A DNA stretch of 64,000 bases from an uncultured Bacteroidota bacterium. Lineage in GTDB: Bacteria > Bacteroidota > Bacteroidia > Bacteroidales > UBA932. The stretch spans positions 83,775-147,774 of the forward strand of contig CALGSW010000010.1 of NCBI GenBank assembly GCA_937901965.1. Direction: 5' to 3'. The notes below the pieces were generated by a model. The model was not told the origin of the DNA, searched no databases, and saw only the letters and a program-made list of their open reading frames with translations. Made by a program: the position numbers and the translations under genes. Positions 18,704 to 27,992 of the stretch are shown here, piece after piece. How positions within the stretch are numbered: the first letter of the stretch is position 1; each line of letters opens with the position of its first letter.

Positions 18704-20833
18704 TTAAATCAATCTTCTTATAGTATCTGTAAGGTTACTCTTCTCAAAACTTCCTTTAACTATATATGCATTTGCACCTGCATCTAACCCTCTTTGCATA
18801 TCTTTAGGAGACTCAAGTGTTGTTACCAAAATTACAGGTATTTCTGAATATCTGCTATCTCCACGGATTTTAGTTGTTAGTTCAAAACCATTCATATTTG
18901 GCATCTCAATGTCCGTTACCACAGCATCATAAGTTGTTTCCTGAAGCATTTTATATGCTTCAACACCATCAACAGCAACATCTGTTTCGTAACCTGCATT
19001 TTCCACAATACTTTTAAGCATGCTCCTTACAGTTATTGAGTCCTCAACGACCAGGATTCTCTGTTTTTGATCCAAAGTAGTTGTAATTTTGGAGGTGTCA
19101 GTGAAACCTCCAAAATCTCCTCCGGTAGCCCCTTCAATAAGTTCATTGACGTTAACAACAGGGATCAGCACTCCATTGCCCACCATTGTAACGCCTGTAA
19201 TTTTTTTTATACCTTTCAACTGTTTCCCAAGTGGTTTGATAATACCTTCAACCTCTTCAATAATTTTATCAACTTTAAAGGCCATCCTTTTATGATTAGA
19301 ATTAAGAATGAGTGCAGGTTTAAATTTTGAATCGTTTTGAACAGTTTCAGTAAGTCCCAGAGATTTACCTAAATCCATAAGTCCTACGTAATCACCGGAA
19401 ATAAGTACAGATGTCCTGTGACCTGAGTTAATTATTTCACTATCAACTACTCCAATAACTTTTTCAATAAAATTTGATGGGATAAGAAATTGCTGATTGA
19501 AACTTGTAACTAATAAACCTCTGAACGTGGCAATCGTCTGAGGTATTTTAATTATAAACTTAGTCCCTTTACCATACTCAGAGTCAACAGAAACTGTTCC
19601 GCCAAGATTGCATATTTTCTCAGAAACAATTGCCATCCCAAGCCCTCTGCCGGAAATTTCAGTAATCATATCGCTGGATGAAACTCCAGAAGAAAATATC
19701 AGGTTCATCTTTTCATGTGAAGAAAGAAGTTCAGCCCGCTCGTGATCAATAATACCATTCTTGATTGCAGATTTTATAACCTTATCAATTTTTATTCCTC
19801 CTCCATCATCACAAACTGATATTGATAGTTTTGCATCAGCATCCTTTGATATTACTATTGAGATTTTGCCAGTAGTAGACTTCCCTGAGAGAGATCTCTC
19901 TTTGGGACTCTCTATTCCATGATCTGCACAATTCCTGATTAAATGGATAAGAGGGTCTTTCAACTCCTCAAGTATACGTTTATCAATTTCATAGAAATCT
20001 CCTTTAATCTCAACCTCAATCTCTTTTCCATTATCTCTAGTCAGGTCTCTGACAACTCTTGGAACAATATTTAAAATAGTTGAAAAAGGCAAAAGAAGTG
20101 TTGACTTTACATCAATTATTATATCATCAACCATCCTGTTTGCAACATGAATAAATCTGGTTAAATCTCCATAAAGATATTCCAGTTTATCATCTTTAAT
20201 TCTGACTCTGATTTCTTCCAGCTCACTTTTATAAAAGGCTAAAGTTGTTTTAAAAGCTATGAAATCTTCACTTTGGGCCAATATTTTATTTAGTTTCTGA
20301 GATGAAATCCTAATAGTTTCGCTTTCTGTTTCAACCTTTTTTGGGACTTCAAGGATTTGGGTATTCTCTTTTCCTGATGTTTTTTGTTTTGTTATTTGTG
20401 ATTCATTTTCTTCTTTTTTTACAACTTCTTTGTGGATGAATTCAAGATTCTTGATTAATAAAGGAAGATTTGGAAGCTTTCTTTCTGTTCCGCTCTCTTT
20501 TATATTTGATAGCATAAACCGTAATGAATCTACTGATTTATGCATAACATCAAACAAAGAGTTAAAGAGACTTCCTTCACCATTCTTAAGGGAGCTCATC
20601 ACGTTTTCCATAAGCATACAGATCTTTTCTGTATCAGTAAGGTTAACAGCTCTAGCAGCACCTTTTAAAGAATGGGTCTCTCTATAAACTTTTTCAAGAA
20701 CTGATTTATCCGGATTTTCACTTCCATTTTCCAGTACAATTAAACCTTCGTCAATAGAAGAAAGATGTTCTTCAGCCTCAATTTCAAAATCCTGAAGCAG
20801 TTCCCGTAAAAGCTCATCCTGGTTAATTGCCAT
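18704..20833 (-). CDS. cheA: Hybrid CheA (Hpt-dimerisation-HATPase-CheW-REC), WspE-like
   Basis: Hpt YRETHSLKGAA, HLIRNCADHGIE, DDGGGI, SGRGLGMAIV, CheW domain and C-terminal REC (VVTDIEMP). Confidence 0.95.
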   Translation of the reverse strand: MAINQDELLRELLQDFEIEAEEHLSSIDEGLIVLENGSENPDKSVLEKVYRETHSLKGAARAVNLTDTEKICMLMENVMSSLKNGEGSLFNSLFDVMHKSVDSLRFMLSNIKESGTERKLPNLPLLIKNLEFIHKEVVKKEENESQITKQKTSGKENTQILEVPKKVETESETIRISSQKLNKILAQSEDFIAFKTTLAFYKSELEEIRVRIKDDKLEYLYGDLTRFIHVANRMVDDIIIDVKSTLLLPFSTILNIVPRVVRDLTRDNGKEIEVEIKGDFYEIDKRILEELKDPLIHLIRNCADHGIESPKERSLSGKSTTGKISIVISKDADAKLSISVCDDGGGIKIDKVIKSAIKNGIIDHERAELLSSHEKMNLIFSSGVSSSDMITEISGRGLGMAIVSEKICNLGGTVSVDSEYGKGTKFIIKIPQTIATFRGLLVTSFNQQFLIPSNFIEKVIGVVDSEIINSGHRTSVLISGDYVGLMDLGKSLGLTETVQNDSKFKPALILNSNHKRMAFKVDKIIEEVEGIIKPLGKQLKGIKKITGVTMVGNGVLIPVVNVNELIEGATGGDFGGFTDTSKITTTLDQKQRILVVEDSITVRSMLKSIVENAGYETDVAVDGVEAYKMLQETTYDAVVTDIEMPNMNGFELTTKIRGDSRYSEIPVILVTTLESPKDMQRGLDAGANAYIVKGSFEKSNLTDTIRRLI

Positions 20834-20838
20834 TTGAA

Positions 20839-22341
20839 TTATAAGTTGTATTTAATTATAATAGTCTTCAAATTTCGTCCGAGCTGATGGATTTTTTGAG
20901 CAGTGTCCTGAGTGTGATTAATTCCAACAACATTTTGTTCGCTAGCCCGTTTAATATTTTCCATCGCAGGGACAATCTGATCCATACCTGCCATTTGCTG
21001 CCTGGTAGAGGATGAAATTTGAATTGCGGCCTCAACTGCATCTTCAACATTGTCGGCTAATATATCTATAACCTCACCACTCTCTTTAACTCTCCTGATT
21101 CCCTCCTCAACACTTTTAGCCCCTTGATCTGTAACGCCAACTGTAGAATTCACCGACTTGTTAATTTCATTCAAAATTTCTTTAACTTGTTGAGTCGCTC
21201 TTTTTGACTGGTCTGCCAACGAGCGTATCTCCTGAGCCACAATAGTGAATCCCCTTCCATGTTCCCCTGCTTTCGCTGCTTCAATTGCTGCATTCACAGC
21301 AAGTAAATTTGACTGATCAGCAATATCCGCAACAGTAGAAGTGATTTCAGCAATTGTCCTGTTTTGCTCTGATAATTTCACAACAGTATCTGAAATGAGA
21401 TGCATTTGATTATCAATATGCTGAATAGCAGATGTAAGCTTCTTTATGGAGTCTCTGCCTTTATCTGCTGAATCAGAGGCTTTTTGAGAACTCTCCATCA
21501 GAGATTGAGCTTTCTGATTTGATACATTTGCAGTCTGCCTTACCTCCTCAATTGTTGTAGTTGTTTCAGTAACAGCAGTTGCAGTCTCAGCTGCACCTGC
21601 TGAAATCTCTGTTACAGCGCTCAAAATATCAGATGATGCATTTCCCAGAATTTCTACTCCAGCTTTAATCTCGGCTGTTATTTTTCTAACTATCCTTAAA
21701 GTCCAGATAGCAATTGCAATAACCAAGAAAACTAAAATGCTGCCTAAAACAAGTAGTTGCCATACTACAATATTTTCAGCTTTCTCGCTAAGAGCATGAG
21801 TTTTAGCCTTCATTTCTAACAAATTTAACTCAATCTGTATTGACTTTTCACGAATTCTCTCATATAAAAGATCTTGCTCCTCTGAAACAACTTTTTTTGC
21901 ATCATCTGTTCTACCTTCAGATATCAGTGTCATCATGATTTTCCGATTTTCAACGTATTTTTCAACGTCAATTTTCAAATCACTCATTAAAATTTCCTGA
22001 TCTGGATATGCATTTAACATACTATCAAGCCCGTTAGTTTTTTTCAGTATATCTATATGTTTCTGTTCAATTTTTTGCTTAAAGTCAATATTGTTAAGTT
22101 TTTCAGGATAAAATAGAGCTTCAAGGCTTAGTGCCCTAAGTCTGTTTTCGTCTGCTCTTAAACCTGTCAATTCATATGCAAGCGTGTCAAGAAGTGAATT
22201 TTCTTTTACAACATTGCTCATTCGTCGGTGATTTGTGTAAGAGATTATGGAGAAGAGTATTGTAGCAACAACTATTACAACAAACCCAATAATCATCTTG
22301 CCTCTGGTTCTAAGTCTTAAGAAGTTTTCCATATTATTCAA
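20839..22341 (-). CDS. Transmembrane methyl-accepting chemotaxis protein
   Basis: TM1 at about aa 16-35, helical periplasmic domain, TM2 at about aa 191-215; hairpin tip QSNLLAVNAAIEAAKAGEHGRGFTIVAQEIRSLA. Confidence 0.95.
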   Translation of the reverse strand: MNNMENFLRLRTRGKMIIGFVVIVVATILFSIISYTNHRRMSNVVKENSLLDTLAYELTGLRADENRLRALSLEALFYPEKLNNIDFKQKIEQKHIDILKKTNGLDSMLNAYPDQEILMSDLKIDVEKYVENRKIMMTLISEGRTDDAKKVVSEEQDLLYERIREKSIQIELNLLEMKAKTHALSEKAENIVVWQLLVLGSILVFLVIAIAIWTLRIVRKITAEIKAGVEILGNASSDILSAVTEISAGAAETATAVTETTTTIEEVRQTANVSNQKAQSLMESSQKASDSADKGRDSIKKLTSAIQHIDNQMHLISDTVVKLSEQNRTIAEITSTVADIADQSNLLAVNAAIEAAKAGEHGRGFTIVAQEIRSLADQSKRATQQVKEILNEINKSVNSTVGVTDQGAKSVEEGIRRVKESGEVIDILADNVEDAVEAAIQISSSTRQQMAGMDQIVPAMENIKRASEQNVVGINHTQDTAQKIHQLGRNLKTIIIKYNL

Positions 22342-22849
22342 TAATTATTTTTTTATTTTCAGTTAAAGCTTTCCCATTTAAAATCAATGCACCTGAATCA
22401 CAAATCCCGGAGATAAACTCTTTATAAAGGCTATTGTAATTATCAGGTACATCTGAAATTGCCGATATTAATTTTTCAGAAAATCCCAGTATTTCATCCG
22501 CCACTATTCCAAATTCAATATCACCATTTGAAATGATAATTAATTTATTTAGCTCAGAAAGTCCATATTCTTTAGATGATAAAAAACGGTTAATATTTAC
22601 TGCGGAATAAATAATCCCCCTGATATTTGCAACACCCACAACAAAGTCTGGAGTCCCCGGAATTGTAGTAAAGGAGCCAACTCTTACGACCTCTTTAATC
22701 CACTTATTCTCTATTGCATATGTTTCTTTTACTACCCTGAATACTAAGTAATTGACGCTATCAAAATGATCTTTAATAATAATTTTTTTAGCATTCTGTT
22801 TAGCCCTGCTCTTTAATAAAATTTTATCCCTGTTCATTTTGTGGTTCAA
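22334..22849 (-). CDS. cheW: CheW adaptor (WspD-like position)
   Basis: LVFRV...YAI...IKEV, IPGTPDFVVGVANIRG, FGIVADEILG. The start may be the ATG at 22837. Confidence 0.9.
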   Translation of the reverse strand: MNHKMNRDKILLKSRAKQNAKKIIIKDHFDSVNYLVFRVVKETYAIENKWIKEVVRVGSFTTIPGTPDFVVGVANIRGIIYSAVNINRFLSSKEYGLSELNKLIIISNGDIEFGIVADEILGFSEKLISAISDVPDNYNSLYKEFISGICDSGALILNGKALTENKKIIIE

Positions 22850-24290
22850 TAAGTTTAATTACCATCTGTTTTAATCGCTCCTTGTTCATACCACCGGTAA
22901 CCTTGATAATATCATCATCTTTAATTTTTTCAGTAATCTGAATTACATTTCTGTAGTGAATTGATGCAGCCCTCTTATTCCCCTCATTATTTAAAATATT
23001 ACCTAGCATAAGGTGAGAAAGCAGATGCTCGGGATTTAAGTACAAACCTTTTCTAAACATTTGTTTAGCCTCTTCAATCTCTTTCAGTTCTGTAAGAACT
23101 GTTCCATAAAGGTAAAAAATATCGTCTGATGAAATATTCTTTGATATTAATTTATCCAACACAAAAATTGACTCCTTGTACTTTCCTGTATTTGCATAAC
23201 TTCTTGCCAGGAAGCTTAATAAAGTACTGTCTTCATTACCTTTTTCAACCTCCTTTAAAGCAATATCTATACATTTTGAATATTTTCCTTCCGAATATAG
23301 TAGCTCAAGTTCACTATTTAGAAAAGATGTATCAATTACCTCTGATTTAATGAATTTTTCAACAGATTTTTGTTGTCTCGGCAGTTTTACAGAAACATGT
23401 GAATTATGCAAAGGTTCTTTTAAAATATGGAAATTGGTTCTCTTAATATTTATGTTGCTGTTTTTTGAATAAAAAACGCCATCATCAAAGTATGACTTTG
23501 TAAAATGGCCAAAAAAAGTGTCGTTTAGCTCTACCTGACTTGTTATCAGCCATCCACCCTCGTTTAATATGTTAAAAAAGCGCTGAGATATATTCTTAAT
23601 TAATTCTTGATTCAGATACATTAAAACATTCCTGCAGAAAATAACATCAAGATACTTCTCTTCTGGGTCCTCGCCAGGAAATGAATCAACAGCAAGATTC
23701 AAATATTCAAATTGTACCAGCTCTTTAACTGAATCAGAAATTTGATAATTATCCCCAATTTTTAGGAAAAATTTTTTTATATAATTTTCAGGAATTTCTC
23801 TGAACGACCACGGAGTGTATAATCCTTTTTTAGCCTTAGCGATTACATTTGGATTTAAATCTGTTCCAACTATTTTCACACTGCCTTTTGGGATATAGGG
23901 GAACATCTCTAAAAGTATCATAGCCAGAGTATACGGTTCCTCTCCGGAGCTGCAGCCAGCACTCCATATCCTAATCACATCTCCCTTTTTCTTTTTAATA
24001 AGTTCAGGAATAATTGTTTTACAAAACATATTGATTGCAGGCTTTTCCCTGAAAAAATATGTTTCATTAACTGTAAGATGCGAAGCAAGCACTTTTCTCT
24101 CATCTGGTGTGAACTTTCCCCCAAATAGTGTTACTTTTGAGTTAAAAGAGTCAATGTCAGCATATCCAAGTGTTTGGACGGCCTCTCTTAAATGCCTTGA
24201 GAATTCCTCAACGCGGTTTGCCTGATAGGCCAGCCCCATTGATGATTCAATTAGTTTAGCCAGATTATGTATTGATCCTTCACACTTCAT
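22824..24290 (-). CDS. cheR: CheR methyltransferase with C-terminal TPRs (WspC-like)
   Basis: LTVNETYFFRE, IWSAGCSSGEEPY, GTDLN, DVIFCRNVLMY; C-terminal TPR repeats (ARSYANTG, FRKGLYLNPEH). Confidence 0.95.
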   Translation of the reverse strand: MKCEGSIHNLAKLIESSMGLAYQANRVEEFSRHLREAVQTLGYADIDSFNSKVTLFGGKFTPDERKVLASHLTVNETYFFREKPAINMFCKTIIPELIKKKKGDVIRIWSAGCSSGEEPYTLAMILLEMFPYIPKGSVKIVGTDLNPNVIAKAKKGLYTPWSFREIPENYIKKFFLKIGDNYQISDSVKELVQFEYLNLAVDSFPGEDPEEKYLDVIFCRNVLMYLNQELIKNISQRFFNILNEGGWLITSQVELNDTFFGHFTKSYFDDGVFYSKNSNINIKRTNFHILKEPLHNSHVSVKLPRQQKSVEKFIKSEVIDTSFLNSELELLYSEGKYSKCIDIALKEVEKGNEDSTLLSFLARSYANTGKYKESIFVLDKLISKNISSDDIFYLYGTVLTELKEIEEAKQMFRKGLYLNPEHLLSHLMLGNILNNEGNKRAASIHYRNVIQITEKIKDDDIIKVTGGMNKERLKQMVIKLIEPQNEQG

Positions 24291-24741
24291 TTGAATATAG
24301 GTTTCTTACAGTCTCCTCTTCCTCCTTACTAAGTAAATTCTCAGCGTTGTAGATATAGTAAATACAATCTGATTTAGTAAAAAATTCAAGTTCACTCATT
24401 CCCGGGAGTATATCCTTGTAAAATTTAATATCAGACATATTAATTACCTCTAGACCTTCAATACAATCTGCAATTAATGCAACCTTTATACTTTTGAAGG
24501 AGATTATTAAAAAGAAGCAAGAAGAGGTCAGATCAGTTTCAGGCAATGAAAATCTTCTTCTTAACGAAACAACCGGGATAACTTCACCATGTAAATTAAT
24601 TAATCCCATTACATTGCCTTCCGGATTGTTATATGGAATAATTTCCTGAGCAAGTATAACTCTGTTGATCATATCAACAGGGAAAGAAAACTTAAGATCA
24701 GATATGGTAATTAAAAGTACGTTAAGTTGATCTTGATTCAT
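24280..24741 (-). CDS. cheW: CheW adaptor (WspB-like)
   Basis: GLINLHGEVIPVVSLRRRF, VALIADCIEG. Start moved to the ATG at 24741; the upstream extension would run into the divergent gene. Confidence 0.88.
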   Translation of the reverse strand: MNQDQLNVLLITISDLKFSFPVDMINRVILAQEIIPYNNPEGNVMGLINLHGEVIPVVSLRRRFSLPETDLTSSCFFLIISFKSIKVALIADCIEGLEVINMSDIKFYKDILPGMSELEFFTKSDCIYYIYNAENLLSKEEEETVRNLYSNEV

Positions 24742-24791
24742 ATTGTTCTTAAATACATCGGTAAATATAAACAAAAGATTTGTAAACTTTT

Positions 24792-24813
24792 CTTTATAAC
24801 TAATGTTATAAAG
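24792..24813. promoter_or_regulatory. Perfect inverted repeat, candidate operator between the che operon and hemerythrin-LuxR
   Basis: CTTTATAAC-TAAT-GTTATAAAG: 9-bp arms with a 4-nt spacer in a divergent intergenic region. Confidence 0.45.
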
Positions 24814-24814
24814 C

Positions 24815-25540
24815 ATGTTAATGGATTTAAAGATGTCTGAATTTTTTACTGTTGAGAGGAAGCTCTCATCAATAGTTGAAGAGAATTTTAAAATTGTAAG
24901 AATACTTAAAAGATTTGGGATAATGCCCGGATTTGGGGAAAAGAGTGTAAAAGATGTTTGCGCTGCCTACACTATCTCTCCTCAATTATTCCTTACTATT
25001 GCAAACATGACCACTTTTAATGACTATGTACCGGATATTGAGTATGTTAAACAACTGCCAACGCTTCAGCTTGTAAATTATCTAAAAGCATCACATAGTG
25101 AGTTTATTATACGGGATATACCTTTAGTAGAGAATTCAATAAATGAAATTGCAGCCAGCAAAGATTTCTCAGACTCACATTCTTCTGTATTTGTGAATTT
25201 CTTTAAAGAATACAAGTCAGAACTTTTATCTCACTTTGATTATGAAGACAGGACAGTGTTCCCATATATTTCAAGCATTACTGAAGGGAAATCTTATCCA
25301 GGATACTCAATTGAGAAGTTTGAAGAAAATCATACTAATATAGAATCAAAGATCAGTGACTTAAAAAATATACTCCTTAAGTATTTTCCATCGGTCAAAC
25401 CTCATCCTCAACTATATGATTTGATTGAGAAGCTCTATATTCTCCAGGCTGAATTTGAAAATCATGCAAATCTTGAAGACAGAATCCTTGTCCCTCATGT
25501 AGAGTATCTTGAGCTAATTTCAAAATCAGAAAAGAGATGA
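24815..25540 (+). CDS. Hemerythrin-like/RIC (YtfE/ScdA-like) di-iron protein
   Basis: His/Glu pattern ASHSEF, SHFDYED, ENHTNIE, ENHANLED; N-terminal ScdA_N-like segment without the CC motif. The true start may be 24833. Confidence 0.8.
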   Translation: MLMDLKMSEFFTVERKLSSIVEENFKIVRILKRFGIMPGFGEKSVKDVCAAYTISPQLFLTIANMTTFNDYVPDIEYVKQLPTLQLVNYLKASHSEFIIRDIPLVENSINEIAASKDFSDSHSSVFVNFFKEYKSELLSHFDYEDRTVFPYISSITEGKSYPGYSIEKFEENHTNIESKISDLKNILLKYFPSVKPHPQLYDLIEKLYILQAEFENHANLEDRILVPHVEYLELISKSEKR

Positions 25541-26130
25541 AAAAATCAATATGTTTAGCTATTGTAGATCCATCACTTTTGATTAGGGAGGGCCTTTCGA
25601 AAGTAATTAATGATGCTTCCTCTCTTTTTTACCCTTTGTTGAAATTTGAATCTGCTGAACATTTTTTAGGTCATAACTCAAGTGAAGGATCTTTTGTTTT
25701 AATTATAAATCCAGTTTTATTACATGGCGATGCTTCTTTAATTAAAAAGATTAAAGAGAATGAATCCGATTCAAAGATTGTCGCACTAATCTCTGCATGT
25801 GTACCTCAATCTCTTTTGGCCGGTTTTGATACATCCATTAATATTTATATGTCTGGCTCTCAAATTACTCATATCCTTAGGAATATTGCTGAACCGGATG
25901 AAGATGTGAAGAATGATTCAAATTTAGAACAGTATGATCTATCTGAGAGAGAAAACGAGATTTTAGTAATGGTTGCAAAAGGAAAAACGAATAAAGAAAT
26001 TGCCCAGATGTTTAACATTTCTGTTCATACAGTCATGTCTCACAGAAAGAATATTGCAAAAAAGACCGGAATAAAAAGTATATCCGGTCTGACCGTGTAT
26101 GCAATGCTTAATGGATTAATTGAGAATTAA
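25537..26130 (+). CDS. LuxR-family regulator with an atypical receiver-like N-domain
   Basis: C-terminal LuxR HTH LSERENEILVMVAKGKTNKEIAQMFNISVHTVMSHRKNI; ATGA overlap with the hemerythrin gene. Confidence 0.9.
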   Translation: MKKSICLAIVDPSLLIREGLSKVINDASSLFYPLLKFESAEHFLGHNSSEGSFVLIINPVLLHGDASLIKKIKENESDSKIVALISACVPQSLLAGFDTSINIYMSGSQITHILRNIAEPDEDVKNDSNLEQYDLSERENEILVMVAKGKTNKEIAQMFNISVHTVMSHRKNIAKKTGIKSISGLTVYAMLNGLIEN

Positions 26131-26143
26131 TTAGTCTCTAATT

Positions 26144-27292
26144 TTATAATACTTGTTCTAGAATTTCTTTTGCAATAATTGAATTCACACTTCTATTCTC
26201 TCCATATCGTGCATTCCTTTCTCTAAACCTTCTTTCAATCTCATCAATCGTTGATTTTCCGCCACCATTCTCAGAGAGTTTTGTCTTTAACCCCAGTGAG
26301 TTAAAAAACGATTCCGTTTTAGCTATAATTAACCTGATGGTTGAGTCTCTGTCATCGCCCTCAATTCCCCATACTCTTTTCCCATATTGTAGAATTTTAT
26401 CACCTTTCTCCTCTCTTAATACCCACATTGTCCCGGGTAATACAATAGTTAATGTATGTCCATGAGTTATGCCAAGGAGAGCAGTTAACTCATGACCAAT
26501 CATGTGAGTAGCCCAGTCCTGAGTTACCCCCATAGAGACAAAACCATTAAGAGCCATAGTGGCAGAGAGCATAAACGTAGACATAGCATCATAATCTTTT
26601 TCACCTGAAAGTGCTTTTGGAGAAATTTCAATTATTGTCTGAAGTATGCCCTCAGCCCATCTGTCCATTAAAGGTGACTGCCCCGTTGTTGTAAGATATT
26701 GTTCTATAACATGAATAAATGTATCTGCCAATCCACATGCAATTTGATGTTTTGGAAGAGTGTACGTTGTCTCTGGATCAAGAATTGAGAAAACGGGATG
26801 TTTTGAATAGAAAGCAAATTTCTCTTTATTCGCTCTGTTTGAGATTACCGCTCCGCTATTCATTTCAGAACCGGTAGCCGGAAGTGTAATAACAGATGCA
26901 ATTGGCAAAGATATCTCTTTTGTCCAGTCTCTCTTCAAAACAATATCCCAGGCATCACCTTCGTAAAGAATTCCTGATGCGATAAGTTTAGAGCCATCAA
27001 CAACTGATCCGCCACCAACAGCCAGAACAAAATTGCAATTCTCTTTTTTCCCAATCTCTATAGCCTTTCTAAGAGTGTTAATATCAGGATTAGCTTCAAT
27101 TCCCCAGAATTCAATAAAATTATGATTTTTTAGAGAATCAATTACTTGATTATAAACTCCGTTTGTTTTGACGCTCCCTCCTCCAAATGTAATTAATACT
27201 TTTTTGTCAATAGGAATCTCCTCTTTCAATTGAGAAATTGTACCTTTTCCAAAAATAATCTTAGTGGGATTTTGAAATATGAAATTTGTCAT
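26144..27292 (-). CDS. Iron-containing alcohol dehydrogenase (YqhD/BdhA-like, NADPH-dependent)
   Basis: NPTKIIFGKG, FGGGS, AVGGGSVVD, TLPATGSEMN, DTFIHVIEQY, HMIGHELT, HGHTL. Confidence 0.92.
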   Translation of the reverse strand: MTNFIFQNPTKIIFGKGTISQLKEEIPIDKKVLITFGGGSVKTNGVYNQVIDSLKNHNFIEFWGIEANPDINTLRKAIEIGKKENCNFVLAVGGGSVVDGSKLIASGILYEGDAWDIVLKRDWTKEISLPIASVITLPATGSEMNSGAVISNRANKEKFAFYSKHPVFSILDPETTYTLPKHQIACGLADTFIHVIEQYLTTTGQSPLMDRWAEGILQTIIEISPKALSGEKDYDAMSTFMLSATMALNGFVSMGVTQDWATHMIGHELTALLGITHGHTLTIVLPGTMWVLREEKGDKILQYGKRVWGIEGDDRDSTIRLIIAKTESFFNSLGLKTKLSENGGGKSTIDEIERRFRERNARYGENRSVNSIIAKEILEQVL

Positions 27293-27340
27293 GACTATTT
27301 GTTTTCACTGATAACAAAATACAGAAACAGATTGTTCAAG

Positions 27341-27367
27341 AAAAAAGCCGAAGTAAACCTCGGCTTT
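27341..27367 (-). terminator. Terminator downstream of tRNA-Lys(CTT)
   Basis: AAAGCCGA/TCGGCTTT stem with an A-run on the + strand, i.e. a U-tract on the - strand. Confidence 0.75.
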
Positions 27368-27370
27368 ATG

Positions 27371-27443
27371 TGGTCCCGGTGGGGATCGAACCCACGACCC
27401 CAACATTAAGAGTGTCGTGCTCTACCAACTGAGCTACAGAACC
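27371..27443 (-). tRNA. tRNA-Lys (anticodon CTT)
   Basis: Reverse complement GGTTCTGTAGCTCAGTTGGTAGAGCACGACACTCTTAATGTTGGGGTCGTGGGTTCGATCCCCACCGGGACCA folds as a 73-nt cloverleaf with a TTCGA T-loop; CCA is not encoded. Confidence 0.97.
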
Positions 27444-27462
27444 ATTTTTTTAATTCTGGCTG

Positions 27463-27470
27463 CAAAGGTA
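27463..27470 (-). promoter_or_regulatory. -7 promoter box for tRNA-Lys(CTT)
   Basis: The - strand reads TACCTTTG(CA), about 20 nt upstream of the tRNA. Confidence 0.7.
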
Positions 27471-27498
27471 GAAAAAATCCATCCACAGGCTAATATTT

Positions 27499-27924
27499 TT
27501 ATTGTTTTTTTAACAGATCCCTTATTTCCTTGAGTAAAACTACATCTTCAGGGGGAGGAGGAGGGGTTGCCGGTGCAGTTGGTTCAGCCTCTCTTTTGCG
27601 AGTAAGATTATTCATAAATTTAATCATCATAAATATTGCAAATGCAATAATTATGAAATCAAAAGTAACCTGTATAAAGTTGCCGTAATTAATTGTAACA
27701 GATGGTATTATTTCACCAGCAGCATCAAGAGCCTGATCTTTTATAGTGATTTTTAAATCTGTAAAATTTACACCGCCAATAAGTAACCCCAAAGGAGGCA
27801 TTATTACATCGGAAACAAATGAAGAGACAATTTTACCAAAAGCACCACCTATTATAATACCTACAGCCATATCCATCACATTTCCGCGCATGGCAAACTG
27901 TTTAAATTCGTTTAGCATTTTCAT
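27499..27924 (-). CDS. mscL: Large-conductance mechanosensitive channel
   Basis: [45 protein letters not shown]. Confidence 0.98.
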   Translation of the reverse strand: MKMLNEFKQFAMRGNVMDMAVGIIIGGAFGKIVSSFVSDVIMPPLGLLIGGVNFTDLKITIKDQALDAAGEIIPSVTINYGNFIQVTFDFIIIAFAIFMMIKFMNNLTRKREAEPTAPATPPPPPEDVVLLKEIRDLLKKQ

Positions 27925-27950
27925 AGAATTAGATTTTAATTGATTGTTAT

Positions 27951-27978
27951 CAAATATAGATATTTAATCTTATTTTTG
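27951..27978. promoter_or_regulatory. Divergent -7 boxes for mscL and the transporter gene
   Basis: CAAATATA at 27951-27958 (TATATTTG on the - strand) and TATTTTTG at 27971-27978 (+). Confidence 0.55.
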
Positions 27979-27992
27979 AAAAAAATAGTGAC

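Noticed and set aside
18395-18787. 130-aa + strand ORF
   Set aside because: Antisense shadow of cheB/cheA with no recognisable features.
24742-24816. Extended cheW start overlapping the hemerythrin ORF start
   Set aside because: The extension is AT-rich intergenic sequence containing the palindrome. The ATG at 24741 gives a normal CheW length.
27540-27600. Pro-rich low-complexity tract in mscL ([11 protein letters not shown])
   Set aside because: It is the usual linker before the C-terminal helix of MscL, not a DNA repeat element.
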